Shown piece after piece: positions 1 to 12,400 of a stretch of DNA of 64,000 bases. Both the position numbers and the translations under genes were made by a program. The notes under the pieces were generated by a model that had not been told where the DNA came from, ran no database searches, and worked only from the letters and a program-made list of their open reading frames with translations. Positions within the stretch are counted from its first letter, which is position 1; each line of letters begins with the position of its first letter. Origin of the DNA: Raillietiella orientalis (taxonomy: Eukaryota); the NCBI GenBank assembly GCA_036172245.1, contig JAYWIR010000047.1:806001-870000 (forward strand), in the 5' to 3' direction.

Positions 1-1619
1 GGCGAAGAGGGTTGGGCGAAATGGACGAAGAGCCTGGAGGATTTCACCAGGAGTGAACGCAGCAGCTCTGGCAAGGAGATTGCCGGTCCAGGCTTTGGAG
101 GAGATTCTTGCCCCGGCCCTGAAGCGCGCCAGTGACCTCTCAGCAACGACATCCCGCGGGCGGGCGACCGCGGCGGAGAATGCGCAACGAGGGAAGGCAC
201 CTGGAAGCACCCTCCCATGAGCATGCCCCGAAAACGCGCGCGGGTGCCCCCTGCTATGCCCGAGGGGTCGAGAACTCGCGCGTCCATCCCCTGAGGGAGT
301 GGAAAGGAGGGCATGGCAGAGGACGGGAGCCGGGCAGCGACGACTGGGGCGGTCATGTCACACAGCCAGCCCCTTGCGGCGTCCACCCCTCCGCTTCCTC
401 CGAGGGGGCCAGGGTTTTTCGACTTCCGGACGCCCATCGGCGGAGGAAGCGGAAGCCAACCAGGAGGCGCTGTGGGGACGGAGTCGGCGTCCCTGGGCGC
501 CCGTAGCCACAGGCGACCTCCCTCCGCGCGTCGAACGCGATCACCTGGTCTCCGGAAATGGACGCTTCTGGGGCCCCTACTGGTTCCCGAGGGCGCTCGC
601 TGAAAGAGGCTTCTTCCTCGCCACTGAGACGCGTGCCGGCCTCCATCCCCGCCGCCAGCACCCGCACCTCGACCGGTCGGGGGTGGGCGCAGCGCAGGAA
701 TGCCGCCCAGCGAGCCTGGGGAGGGCCTGCGGCGCGGCGGAGGGCGAGGGTCGTCACGGGAGGGGGCAGCGGCCTTGCGATGCAGTGGTCAGGCGATGCC
801 CACAGAGGGAAGCGCCAGAAGCTGGGAGCTCGGAGAGAGGAGACTGAGAAACGGACGGGGACGTGGGTTTCACCTGAAGAAGGGAATGAAGCCTCCAAGG
901 CTCAGCAGGGGAGGATCCGGCGCGACTGCCCTCGGGCGCGTCGGTACACGATTCTCTGAGTCCCGCAGCAGGGGACAGGGTGCGTGGACGGTAGACGGGC
1001 GCAAGACGGCGCGCGAATCGGCGCGATCCCTGGCGACTTCCGAGACAAGGCGCTCCGGAACCGCTTGGCCCTTCGCAGTCGTCTGCTCCTCCGCAGGGGG
1101 GAAGGGGCACCTGCCCCTCAGGGAAGACCCTCTCGTGCTTCCCGAGTTCCCTTCCCCCACGCAGAACGGCTCGTTGCCTTCCCCTTCTGGAACAAAGATA
1201 CCCAAAAACGGGACAGTAAATGAACCAACTGGTATCGCACTCGCCCCTTTCAACCCCACCTTTCCATCCTTTACCCGCATCCCTTTCTCAGCGACAGTGG
1301 GTTGTGCGGAAAGACCAAGGGGGTCAAGAATGCCTCGAAGGCCGGGACACAGGAGCTCAAGGGGACGCAGGCACGCCTGGGGTCCTTGTGGTCGCAGTTG
1401 ACCGACAGAAGACTTTCGATTTTCACCCGGATTCGTTCGGGTCGTTTATTTAAAAATAAACTTTACAAAAAGATGTCAGTGGCTGTAGCAATGCTCCAGC
1501 CACGCACGAAGAAACACGGAGCCTGCCGGGTCACCGGTTCGCAGACCGGTACGGTCCACCAAGGCAGCAGAGGGAGGGGATAAAACAAAAAAAGACATAA
1601 GAAGCAAAAAGAAATAAAA

Positions 1620-3560
1620 AGAGTGGGAGGGTACGGGAAGGGATCACTGTTGCTGCTGGGTCCGTATCATCCTTCTCAGGATGCCGGCAAGCTCCTGCAT
1701 TCGCGGATCCAGGTGGGGCCATTGCGACGCGCTCTTCAGGATTTGGGCGGCGCACTGGATGGCTTCCTTATCGCGTGGTCCTCCCGTAGCCGTGCTCCTT
1801 GCGGCGACGGTCCCCTGAGATCGACCATTTTCGACTGCGTCGACTAGGAGCTTCTTCCGAAACTCCGGGAGCTCATGGGCTTCCCGGCCGTCTTCCTGGT
1901 CCTTCTGCGCTCCAGGTGCTATGATGACGCGTCACTTCATTTTTTTTTTTTTTTTTATTTACCAGCAGCCTGCACACCTGGTGCCGATGCTCTTCGGTAT
2001 CTACTGCGGGTTGGTGCTAGGGACACAGGAGAACTCTGGCTACCTTGCCCAGCTCTTGCCCCGGCATGCCTACCGTGTTGGCCTACGCCGACGACCTTGT
2101 GCTCCAGTTGTCCACACGCCCAATCCTGGAGCGGTGCCGGCGGCACCACTCCAGGATTTCTTCAGAGTCGATCCATCGGTAGCCGGCACGAGCGTCAATG
2201 GGACGTAGGTCGTGCCTGTGTCCCGTTGGTGCAGTGAGGGAGGGGCAGCTGGGCCCATGGACGAGTGCTTCAGGTACCTCGGAGTTCTGCCGAGGGACTT
2301 TTGCTTGACAGATGCCTGGTCCAGTGGTCGTCCGAAGGCAGAGTCGGCCATCCCGGATGAAAAGTTCCTCATCTTGCGCAAACGGGCCGCCACATGGGAA
2401 GGACTTCGTGGCTTCCCTCCTCCACCCCCTGCTTTTTGTTTGCCCCACTCCTAAGTGTGAAAAAGCGAACCGAGCATCTCCCAAAGAAAGCCCTGTGGGA
2501 ACACAGGGAGGTCTTAAAGACTTGGTGGTTCCGCATCTGGACCAAACGCTTGGCCTCCAGATGCTGGAGCGAATGAGCAACAGCTCCGGTTTGGCACCTG
2601 TAGCCGAATATTGGGGCAAGTGCTGGGTATGCCCCATACGCCCATTTAGATGTGGGGGGGGGGGCGACCCGCTGCGAATTATCGCACAACAACTAGGACT
2701 TGCGACAAAGCGTCTTCCCACTTCGGTACGCGGTCACCTTGGAACTGGCACCTTGTCGCCTGGCTCTCTCTTTTTCCCCCGCCTGCCGCCCTAAAAACCG
2801 TAGCGCCTGGAGACGGTGAACCCATGGGCGGATCGGTAAAAGAGACCAGACCAGAGCTCGTCTTCACCTTGCGGGATCGACGTCTCGGTGGATGGACTCT
2901 CGAGGATGTCGTTCAGGATATGTGCAAGTTAGCTTGGATGCCCGCGACCCTCCTTGCTGAGGCGCCATCCTCCCTGAGGGAGAGTGGTGAAAGTGGCTAG
3001 CCAGCTAGGAGAGAAGTGACGAGCGGCGGCATCCCAGGTACCAGATAAATTCTTGGTGGCTGGACAATGGGACGACGAGCAGCGTCTCCCGAAGGACGAA
3101 TCCACTGGACCGATCTCCTCGGAGTTACCCCGGAGCATCCGGAGACTTCCGCGTCTCCCACAAGCGCCTTCACCCTTCCCCTGAGGAGGCAGCAAATCGG
3201 CGTTGCGTTGGAGTCTCCCTGGAAGCGCTCCCTCGCACCCCAGCACGGAAGGAATCGCGACCCCCAACCGTCCCGCATGCTAGAAAGCGCGGTCCTTGCG
3301 CGCACGTTTGTGAACTGCACTGTCCTGCGAGGAAAGCGGCCCTGCTGCTCGCGGGGGACGACCCCAGGGGTGCGCTGGAGGGCCTCCTCTCCGTGCGCAA
3401 CGCAATGCAGCCCTGCTGCTGCCCCCAAGAGGCTGCAGTCGCGAAAGCAGAAAGACAAGAAACGCGCGAGGAGAACGCCATCTACATGATGACCTCCTGG
3501 GGGTTCTTCCGGGGGAACGACGAGATGTCGCCGCCTGGGTGGACTCGAAGTTGAGACTTA
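1620..3560 (+). mobile_element. Degenerate non-LTR retrotransposon ORF2 (Tx1/L1-like RT and C-terminal region); may extend left to the window start
   Basis: Colinear RT motifs: FDCVD*ELL..LMGFPAVFLVLLRS (~1830-1915, cf. KAFDRVDH..L...GFP), LVPMLFGIY (cf. LSPLLF), intact LAYADDLVL (YADD at 2084-2095), FRYLGV (~2270-2286), GGLKDLVVPHL (cf. GGLGLP), TFVNC (~3303-3318, possible zf-RVT remnant). Frameshifts, a stop and a poly-T run interrupt it. Confidence 0.75.
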
Positions 3561-4649
3561 CCAGAATCTTGCGCGGGAAGCAGAGGACCTCAGGTGCGAA
3601 GTCACGTCAGTGCGAAGTCACGAACAGTCACGTCTATTCTTCCCTTTTTTTTTTTCATTTCTGAATTCGTTGCTCCTTCCCTTCCTTCCCGGAGGAGGAC
3701 CTCACTGCCCGATGGACAGTCTTCTCACCCCTCCTCATCCAAGAGTCTTTAGACTTCTGCAGGACTCACCGTCCTGATCTGCACCTTTACTTTTCTTCTT
3801 CTTCTTCTATGTTTGTTTATCCAAGAAAACGAAAAATGTTCCGGAGTATCCGAGTGCCGAATCTGCACGCTAGTGCTGGCGTAACAAAGTTTCTGTGAAG
3901 GAAAGTCTCTGAGACGGCGGCCTCTGCCTTCGCCCGCGCTTTGGGGGCACCGATGCCTGCGGGTGTGCTGAAGTTGCACGGTAGAGGAAGATGGTCGGCT
4001 GACACAGCTCTGCCGTGCGTCATTTCTTTTCTTCTCCCCCCGAGGGACTCATCCCCAAATAGGAACTCCCTCGGGTTGCGAAAGGACTCCGAGCCGCTTC
4101 CCGTTGCCAAGAGACACGCTTGTTATTCCCGGACGATCGTAGAGTACCTTCCTACACCTACACCTGCTGCGCAGCGACGGCGGGAGAGTCTCCAGAGGGC
4201 AGCAGAAAAACATGTCAGGGTCTCGAGATCGACTCAGACATGTCCGGAGGTAGTAGTCACGGAATCCTCCCCCGCACGAAACTTCCAGTATCTCACAGGA
4301 GCCACTTGCTGCTACCACCAAGATCTGAGCTTACGGCGGCTCCGGGAGAGTTCATGCCGCAACCCTCCCGCGCGCACCATAGCTACACCTCCTTTGTCCG
4401 GGATCTTCGTGTACGGGATACCGCCGGAAGGCAGGAACGGCTCTGCCGGCGTTCGGTTCTCGGGAGTCATCCATCTTCCGGGCAGGTTGCCATGGCGAGC
4501 GAACCGCTTTCCGCACTCCCGAGCGGTTGTCACCGTCCCGCTGCCCACGGGCAGTGCCTTCCCTGGGATCTGTCGAGTGCGCGGCGTCGATCGCGCCTGA
4601 CCTAATCTTTGCTTCGCCCCTTGCCAACAGTTCTGCTCGCCAAAACTGG

Positions 4650-7150
4650 TCCACTGGTGGCGCAATCAGATCCGATAGTCGGTTTCTCACGCATTCGAGG
4701 TTTGGACGTCATTTCGGCCCTGAGGCCTTCAAAACCATCCGCCTGACCAGGGAGGACTCTCCCCTTTTCCATTCCCCTGTCGACGAGTCCCAAGCTTCGG
4801 AAGGGAGTCGCTTTCGTCCCCCATGTCCAGCCAGTACGGACAGCTTGCAAGTCGGAGTCGCTGCAGACCCCACGCCAAAAAACCCTTGGGTCTGGACCCA
4901 ACCGGGGGCAGGATTCGCCAGCATCGCGACCAGTTGGGGCAGCTGTTCATGCTGCTGCCGATCATCTCCAGGAGCGTGGCCGCTGCCGTGCCACTGTGCA
5001 GAGAAACGACTGATCTTTAACCCAGGACTCTCTTTTAAATTAAATGAACATACGATCGTGTCACGACCACGGGGACGCCGAGCACGTAGGTCGGGACCTT
5101 GAAACAAAATAGGCCCAAGTAGGGGATGGGGGATGGGAGGGATGCCTGCGTGCAAGGGGGAACGCCGGGCGCAAGCCCTTGACAGAGTACGGGACAAGAA
5201 CTGATGTTGGGAGGGTCGCAGACCGGGCGTCTGCCTTACAGTCTGCAGGCGGCGACCTCCTCGGCTTCGGAGATTCCTCGGCTCGGAAGAAGGTCTCTCT
5301 TCTTGCTGCCCTACGCATCGTGGATGGGACGAAGCGAATGACCGTCCTCCCGGTGCTGCCGCCGCTCTCTGCCGCGCGGCGGCAATTCACGACTGCGGAG
5401 AGGACGTAGCGTAGCGCCGCCAAGGAGGTCCGGTGGTAGCAGAGATATCGCCCCAGAACATGCCAAGGCAGCGTCTCCTGCGTGCCAAGAGGGACTGCTG
5501 CCGCTCAGACGGATGACTGGCCGGGGAAACGGAGGTTGCACTGACGGTCGCCGCCGCTCCCAGAGGAAATACGGGATGCACCGGCAGGCTGTGGGTGATC
5601 TGGTGACCGAAGCCGTCTGCAGTGGAGCGATTTTCTGCGCCCTTTGCAGAGGGGACCGCTGCCACCCACCCGGTCTCGGCATCCAATGGGTTTTGGGTCA
5701 GGGGGGACCAAACCGTGACGACTGCGATCCGGGTCGAAGGCTTGGGCCGCTCGCAGTCCTCGAAGCTTGGCGAAACGGTGTCGTTCCCCCCTTTGCCATG
5801 GACGTCATTGCTTGGTCCACCCTTCGTCTCTGCTGTTACGGGGATCCACGCTTCGCTTAATACGACGCCCTGAGCGGACCTCTCCCTCGTCTGCAGCAGG
5901 GATGGGAGAACGAGCAGGCGCGTGTGTCGGAGCCTGACCCGGGAGGCGGCTGCTGAACTGCGTGTGACCCGGCTGCACACCCGAGAAGTCCTGCCTTTTT
6001 CTCCCGCCATCCAGAGAAGAGGCTGCAACGCGCAGATGGCCGTCACGCATTTCCGCTCGGAATCCTCAGCAAGCCAAGATGGTGACACTCCGACTTCGGA
6101 GACTGGCTGGATGCCAGCACGCTGCTGCGTCCACCCGTGCCTCTCGGGCGCTCTTCTGCCGGCCCGAGGGGCGGCTCACCTCGCCTCACCGCGGACATAC
6201 TCGTGGCTTTTTTTTGCACGTTTCCGTTTCCTGCGCACAGCGCCTGGTTCACCTCAGCATCCCACCTGCCCAAGTCAAAGACCGAGGCCCACCCGGCATC
6301 CCGGCCGAGCGGAAAGAGGAACCGGTCGTTCGCGGAATCCTCCACGGCACACGGGGCTGAACGCGGAGCCACGAGGTGCGATGATCAGAAGGCAACGGAA
6401 GCGCACCAACGGACACGTGGCAGAACGGCTAGACGCATCGGCCTCTCGGACACCATGGCTCGGGAAGGTCAGTGGGAGCGGGGTTGGGACTCCTCAGAGA
6501 GAAGAGTCGGTTGTTCGAGCGCCATTCCACATTCGGTCGGGAGAAGCAGCCGAACTCCCGTGGAACCGATTCTTCGGAAACCTGGGCGCGGGAGCACGAT
6601 GTGCGATGGACCAAGCGCGAAGGAGATTCTTTTGAAGGGAGGAGGTCGCTAAGATACTCAAGAGCCGTCCGCCTCCTCGAGACGTCCCCGAGGACGCCTC
6701 CATGATGTCGCCACATACGGGAAGGTGGGGGGGCGCTGGCAGTGCCACCCGAGGATGCGTGTAAATGGGACAACTCGTGACGGGACCACAGTGATGAACG
6801 CAGTCCATTCCTCCCTGACTCCTGGGAAGGGAACCTCTCCCTTATTCTCCCCGGAGGGACCCCTTACAAAGGGGGCTGCGCTTCATTTTTTCTTCGGAGG
6901 GAACCCGCGTCGCTCCTTGTTTCCTCCTGCGAAGAGAATCCCGAAGGGAGCAGCATGTTTCAGACATCCTGGAGGGGGATCCCTCCCTCGGGGCGCGAAG
7001 CAGCCCCACTCGCGCAACTGGAGGGGGACCCCGAAGAGAACCAGCTCGGAAGGGGTTCCTGAAAAGACCCTCCGGAGGGTCAACTTTCAGATCCTGGCCA
7101 TTCAACGGGGGCATTCGCGGACGCGCGTCCCACCGACGCCGCACCCGCCC
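4650..7150 (-). mobile_element. Degenerate RTE-like LINE, RT and C-terminal region
   Basis: Minus-strand motif order: RVPSEEKMKRSPLCKG (cf. VP.EWK...PL.KKG), ITVVPSRVVPFTRIL, AQGVVLSEAW (cf. RQGCVLSP), SFEDC (eroded FADD), LAGHGGRKRLPSEAW...GEWKRG (cf. RTE WAGHV.RM...RLP...G.R.RG). Judged by eye. Confidence 0.5.
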
Positions 7151-7261
7151 GCAGCACTGGTGGGCCTACCAGCGACATCCTGCGGGTAGGGATGGAGGGG
7201 TGGGGGGAATCGAAACCCACGACGCACCCCCCTTCTGCTCCAGCTCTCGACGTCGACCTTC

Positions 7262-7290
7262 CACCCGGAGGGATTCGAACCCGCGACGCC
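7262..7290 (-). other. tRNA-like T-arm / Pol III B-box remnant (possible SINE head)
   Basis: Minus strand reads GTCGCGGGTTCGAATCCCTCCGGGTG, a T-psi-C stem-loop. No D-arm or anticodon arm is recognisable. Confidence 0.35.
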
Positions 7291-7679
7291 AGGGGCAGCA
7301 CGGCGGCCAGCGCGGGCGGGAAGGGGGGGGGGGAGGGAGCGTGGAATGTAAGGCATCAAGGGGGAAGGAAATGTAAAAGCGGCCTCCTTAATGCTAGCGG
7401 TTACCCCCCCTCCCTCCGAATATACGGTCGCTCCGACACTCCCACCGCACCACTCCAAACCCTACGAAGTCCCGAGCAGGCGGAAATCCCGAGGTCGGAT
7501 GCATGCCGGATGATGACGTCAGAGAGACGGGAAAGCTTTTCCCGCCATCTTAGATGTGCGTGAATCGTACGCACGCGTCTTTTTTTTTTAAAAAAAAATC
7601 CGCCTCGAGCGACGCGGCTGTGCGCACGCAAGCAAACGCGCATCTTGGCTCAGCAGCTGGCCTGGTGGAACGGCGAGTT

Positions 7680-8720
7680 CGGGGGAGGGGGCAGCGGAGG
7701 AGGCGCGCCGTTCACGGCCCGGCTCTGCAGGCCTTCCAGCCCCCCCAGCAAAGAATGACCTCGGACTGCAGGCTCCTCCCCGCTATCTCCGCGCCTCGGA
7801 AGAGCCGAAACGCAGGCGCCGGGGGGCCTCTCGCGGCCCCACGCGCCAACACGCGTTCGAGAACGAGGCGAAAGTGAGAAGGCGAAGGGCGGACGCGGGA
7901 GACGCCCCCTCCCGAGGTGCTCCTTCCCACCCCCGGGCGGGCCGGCGGGTCGCTCCCCGTCAGACTTGGATCTCCATTCGGACAAGCCCGGGCCGTTTGT
8001 TCAAATGCACAGGAAATCTACAAGCTGTGATAGGAGACACGTGGTCCAACCACGCCCAGATTGGATGTGGACTCTCCGGGTTCCGGTTCGCGGACCGGCG
8101 AGGTTGCCCTCCGCAGCGGAGGGGAGGGGCAAAGCAAAAGGAAAAGGAAACACTTTGGAGGGCCGAGAAGGGATCGCCGCCCGCTAGAAAGAGTCCCTTG
8201 CATCCGGTCCAGGGTCCTGTACGAAAAACTCCACGTGCATGGCGCACAGGTGGGGCCATCCGCCGAAAGCGGAGAGCGCACTCCATGGCTCCTCTCCTGT
8301 GGGGCCTTTCTTCAGCGTCCCTCCAGGCCCGCCACGATTCCGCGGATGCAGCAATGGGGCTGCGGCTGGCTACAGGACGTCCTGCGTGAAGAGGAGTTTG
8401 ACAAGGTCCCTGGGGCTGCCAGCGGGTCCGTAGGACCGTCCCAAGAAGTTCCCATAGGGACCAGAGAGCAACGCAGTCCACGAGCAGGTACGACGGCCCG
8501 GGCTCGTCGGTCTTCGAGGGGCCGACGACGAACAACCGACCTAACGCCTGCGACAGCAGAGAGGTCGCGCCCCGGCAAGGAGCCGCGAAAGCAGGGCGGC
8601 AAGGTGGAGTGTCGGGTGGCTGCCCTCTCTCCGACAGAGATCCCCTCCCCCCTACTGTCCAGGAGAGACGCTTCCAGGGGCTGTCGTCGAACCTGGCAGC
8701 GCCGTCCCTCCCGCGCGGGT
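7680..8720 (-). repeat. Diverged direct-repeat copy 1 (partner ~11750-12330); probably the endonuclease region of a LINE fossil
   Basis: 7680-7918 matches 11750-11996 (shared cccggctctgcagg...atctccgcgcctcggaagagccgaaacgcaggcgccggggg). 8505-8720 matches 12107-12325 (gtcggtcttcgagg...ccccggcaaggagccgcg...gcgggtccaca). Confidence 0.85.
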
Positions 8721-9250
8721 CCACAGGGCGGGGCTTCGGGGAACGCACCATCTGCAGATGCCGAAAGGTTGGAGAGGGGGTGGCCACAGCACCCTCGCCC
8801 TGGCGCCTCGGAGTGGGCGGGAAGCTGAGCGGCTCGCGCAACGCCGCGCCGAGGTTGTCCCGGCAGTGCGCGTGCGCGTCGCGTGGCTGCGCAGCCGCAG
8901 ACACTTTGGATCGGCCCGGGTGTTTTGTCGCCCACCGAGGGGCAGGATGCAAATCATCAGCATTCGATCTGGACCGCAGGCCGACACGGCGACGCGAATC
9001 CGTGCCACCCCGGCGAGAGGGGGAGGCGGGAGGGTGAATCCCCGCCGTCCCTTAGCACGCATTGTATGCGTGTCGATCGCACGCCACACGCACACGGGAT
9101 CAGCAAGCCACATTCCCTCCCCCTCCCCCCGTTTGCAACGCGAGCGAGCGCAGCTCCACGAGCCCGGACGGAAGGAGGGGGGTGCCCTCCGCGCGAGACC
9201 CTTTGTGGCTTCCATCGCCATGGAAGGGGGGGGGGAGGGGTGAAGTTCCA

Positions 9251-12200
9251 TTAGGCGTGGTCCCCAAGGATTCGCCACGTTTCCTTCCTTCTACGAGAAG
9301 GGGAGACCCGGGATCTTTGCGGTCGAGGGGACGCCGCGCTGGGTTCCCGCGAGAGCCGCGCCACTGCGCCGGACGGAAGGAGCGAACCGGCCGCCGTCCT
9401 CTCCTGGCGGGGGATCGGCAGGGAGGCGCCGTACGGGAGCGCACGGCGGCAGCTGCGACCCTGGAGGGAAGGTGGGAACGGCGGCGCGCATCCTCGTCGC
9501 TCCATGGAGGGGAGACGACGGTTGGGTGGACGCAGCCACGAGGGCGGAGAACGCTGGCGATTTCGCGGCGCCGCCGGGTAGGGAGTCCGGCCGAAGGAAA
9601 GGGGGAGTGCCCGTGCAGGACACCTCCGGTAGACGAGGCCGCCGGCTTCAGCTCGCGCCAGCCTCGGTACGTTCTGCAGGGAAACGGGGGCGCGCGAAGA
9701 GCGGTCGGGGAACGCGAAGGGAGACGAGGAAGGATGGAGGGTAGTCATGACCACGCGAGTGCACTCCCCGACGAACGGTGGTTCTGCATTTCGCGACCTC
9801 GAATAGGCGTGCCCTTGAAGTAACCCCTCCTCCTCCTCCGTGCAGCGGGCGGGCACGGTGACGAAGCCCTCGGTCGCGCCGAGAGGACGGTCGACGTGTC
9901 CCTCTATGACGAGCCGGTCGTCCAGGGGGAGGGGGAGGAGGAGGCGAGGTGGGAGGGAGGGACGACTGCGACCACTAGGTGGCGGGAAGATCGGCAGAGC
10001 ATCGAAGGGTGAAAGCAGAAAGAGGGACTCGCCCACGCCCTGACTCCCCTCCCCTCCCCCCGCCTTTCTCGCCTTCGCGGGGGCGGATCCGTCGCCGGAC
10101 CAGGCTGGATGCCCCCTGGTGGGGGCGGCATCGAGGGGGTCACAGATCCAGGGAGCCCCGAGGAGAATCTGGAGGTGAAGGGGGGAGAGGAAAGCGGCAG
10201 AGGGGTGACGAGTCGCCGCGTCGTTGACCGGACCGCCGCCTCCTCTGCTACGCGCGCCCGAAATAGCGGAACCGGTCGATGACGTCACGGTCGCGCATGG
10301 TTGCCACAGGTGAAGGAGCAGCGGACCAAGGGTTGTTTCCGCGCGCACCACCAGGGGTGGCGGGTGGGCAGAGGGGGCTGGCTGGCGCGGTGCTGGAGAG
10401 AGCGGGAGCCCGGGAGCCGTCGGGCACGCATAAGGATCGGAAAGAAGGGTGGCGGCTCTCTGCGGACGCCACGACGCCTCCGGCACCAGGTCCACCTGCA
10501 CCTCGCCCCACCCACCTGCGCGTACCGAGGGGCCCAAAGGGGTACCACCGATGGCTTCTGAGACGCCCAGAGGCGGAGGGCGGGAGCTGCCGGGGGGGAA
10601 GGGAACATGCTCAGTCCGGCCCCTCCCTGGTCGACCCACCTTTTTCTGGGACTCACAGGGGAAGGAGACCCCCTTTGCGGCGTCCCGGGGTGCACGAGAG
10701 GAAGGGGAGAGGACGAGGAGGATCGTTCCCGGCGTCTTGGCCTCCCACTGTTGCACGCGCCTGAATGAGTTCGGGAGAGCGACCGGCCAAGAGGTAGCCC
10801 TGCGGGGTTGCCTTGGAGACACTCCTTGGCCGGAACGCAGAACGCGGGTGGTGCTTCTTGCCAGGGCCGCGCGCGCCGTCGTCGTCGTCAGAGGGTACGC
10901 ACGATCCGTCTCCTTGGAGACCCGCCTTGGCGGGAAGGCCGGTCGTATGGGGTGGCACGCGCGCCCACTCAGCCCGGTAGGGGCCCCGGAGGCGGGCGAA
11001 CGAAGGGAGAGAAGGGAACGCATCACTCGTAGAGCACGTGGGGGGGCTCCCGACCTCGAGAGAGGCGGTGACCTTCCGCGCTGTGTCCCTTCCGGGACCG
11101 GAAGGGAAAGGAAGGCCGCTCCGCGGAGCGTGGCCTGCGAAGGTCGCTTCAAGAGCCACGGTCCACGGGGAAGGGGCGATCGCTACGATTTCGTCGCCCG
11201 CTCCTCTCCTTAAAGTTTCCCCCCCTGCCTCTCTCCTCGCTCTCGCCGCAGCCGAGGCGACACGAAGATCAGCGGCAGAGGACTAACGGAAGCAGCGATT
11301 GTCATGGATTCCACGCGCGTGCGCGCGCGTGGCCTGCGGGAAGAATCCAGGGAAGGGGCTGCGAAATCCCATAGGAGGGCACTATTCGTCCGCAGGGCTT
11401 CGGAAACGCCCGCGCCCGCCGCCGAGGGACGTTCCGATCGCCGAGGCAGCCGCATTCCGCCAAGCGATCCTCTTCCAGGGAGAGTTTGCTCTTCTTGGTC
11501 CACCCTGCGCGTGCACGCGTCTCCAAGGACGCAGCCGCCGCGCGGCCGGCTGTTCCCATGGCAGTGGCTGAAGGCCTACAGGCTTCCGCGCCGAGACCCT
11601 CGGCATCGCAAACTCCTCGATTGCCTCGCAGCACTGCTGCCCGCTGCGAGGGTGCTTGCCCTGCATCCCGGGCTCGATGTTGCTCACCCTAGGGAGGGCA
11701 GGAAAGGAAGGACACATGAAAGAAACGGGAGCACGGTCGCAGGGCACGCGGGGGAGGGGGCAGCGGAAGGGGGGAGAAGGAGGTGCGCCCTTCGCGTCCC
11801 GGCTCTGCAGGTCTTCCAGCCTCCCCAGCAAGGACTGACCTCGGATCGCAGGCTCCTCCCCGTTATCTCCGCGCCTCGGAAGAGCCGAAACGCAGGCGCC
11901 GGGGGACCTCTCGCGGCCCCACGCACCAGCGCGCGCTTCGAGAACGATGCGAACACGAGAAGGCGAAGGGCGGAGAGAGACGCCGCCTCCCGAGGGCTAA
12001 CCAGGAAGGTTCTTCTCCCGCGACCGAGCCGTCGGTCCTCTGGCCCGACCAAGTCTCGGCCCGAGGCGCTCCTTCCCTCTCCCGCACGAGCCGGCGGTCC
12101 GCTCCCCGTCGGTCTTCGAGGAGCCGCCGACCGATCGACCGAACGGCGGCGGCGGCAGAGGGCGCTCCCCGGCAAGGAGCCGCGTCAGGAGGGAGGCAAT

Positions 12201-12400
12201 GTCGAGGAAGCGCCGGGCGGCCGCCCGCTCTCCGTCGGAGATCTTCCCTCCCTCCTTCCAGGAGACGTTTCGGGGGGCTGACATCCGGTCTGGTGACACC
12301 GCCCCTCCATGCGGGTCCACAAGGTGGGCACTGGGAGTTGATGGGGAGCAACCTGGGAAAAGGAGCATCCTCCCCCCCGTCCCCCACCGTTTTGGGAAAC
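9251..12400 (-). mobile_element. Degenerate I/Jockey/R1-like LINE ORF2; the RT part is the stop-free 633-aa ORF at 9251-11152
   Basis: In one frame and in RT order: SWPVALPNSF (cf. YRPISLL), ESQKKVGRPGRGRTEH (cf. QFGFRPGRST), LGVSEAIG (cf. LDVSKAFD), TLLSDP (cf. SFLSDR), TTLGPLLLHLW (cf. SVLGPLLF), LLQGHAYSRSRNA, RLPSMERR. No YADD is retained. Upstream there are endonuclease-like remnants such as CQPPET. Confidence 0.55.
11750..12330 (-). repeat. Diverged direct-repeat copy 2 (partner 7680-8720)
   Basis: Direct nucleotide similarity as listed for copy 1. The spacer between the two matching blocks is about 110 bp here versus about 590 bp in copy 1. Confidence 0.85.

Noticed and set aside
7240..7330. 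Intact tRNA gene
   Set aside because: Only a T-arm is present, with no D-arm, anticodon arm or convincing acceptor stem.
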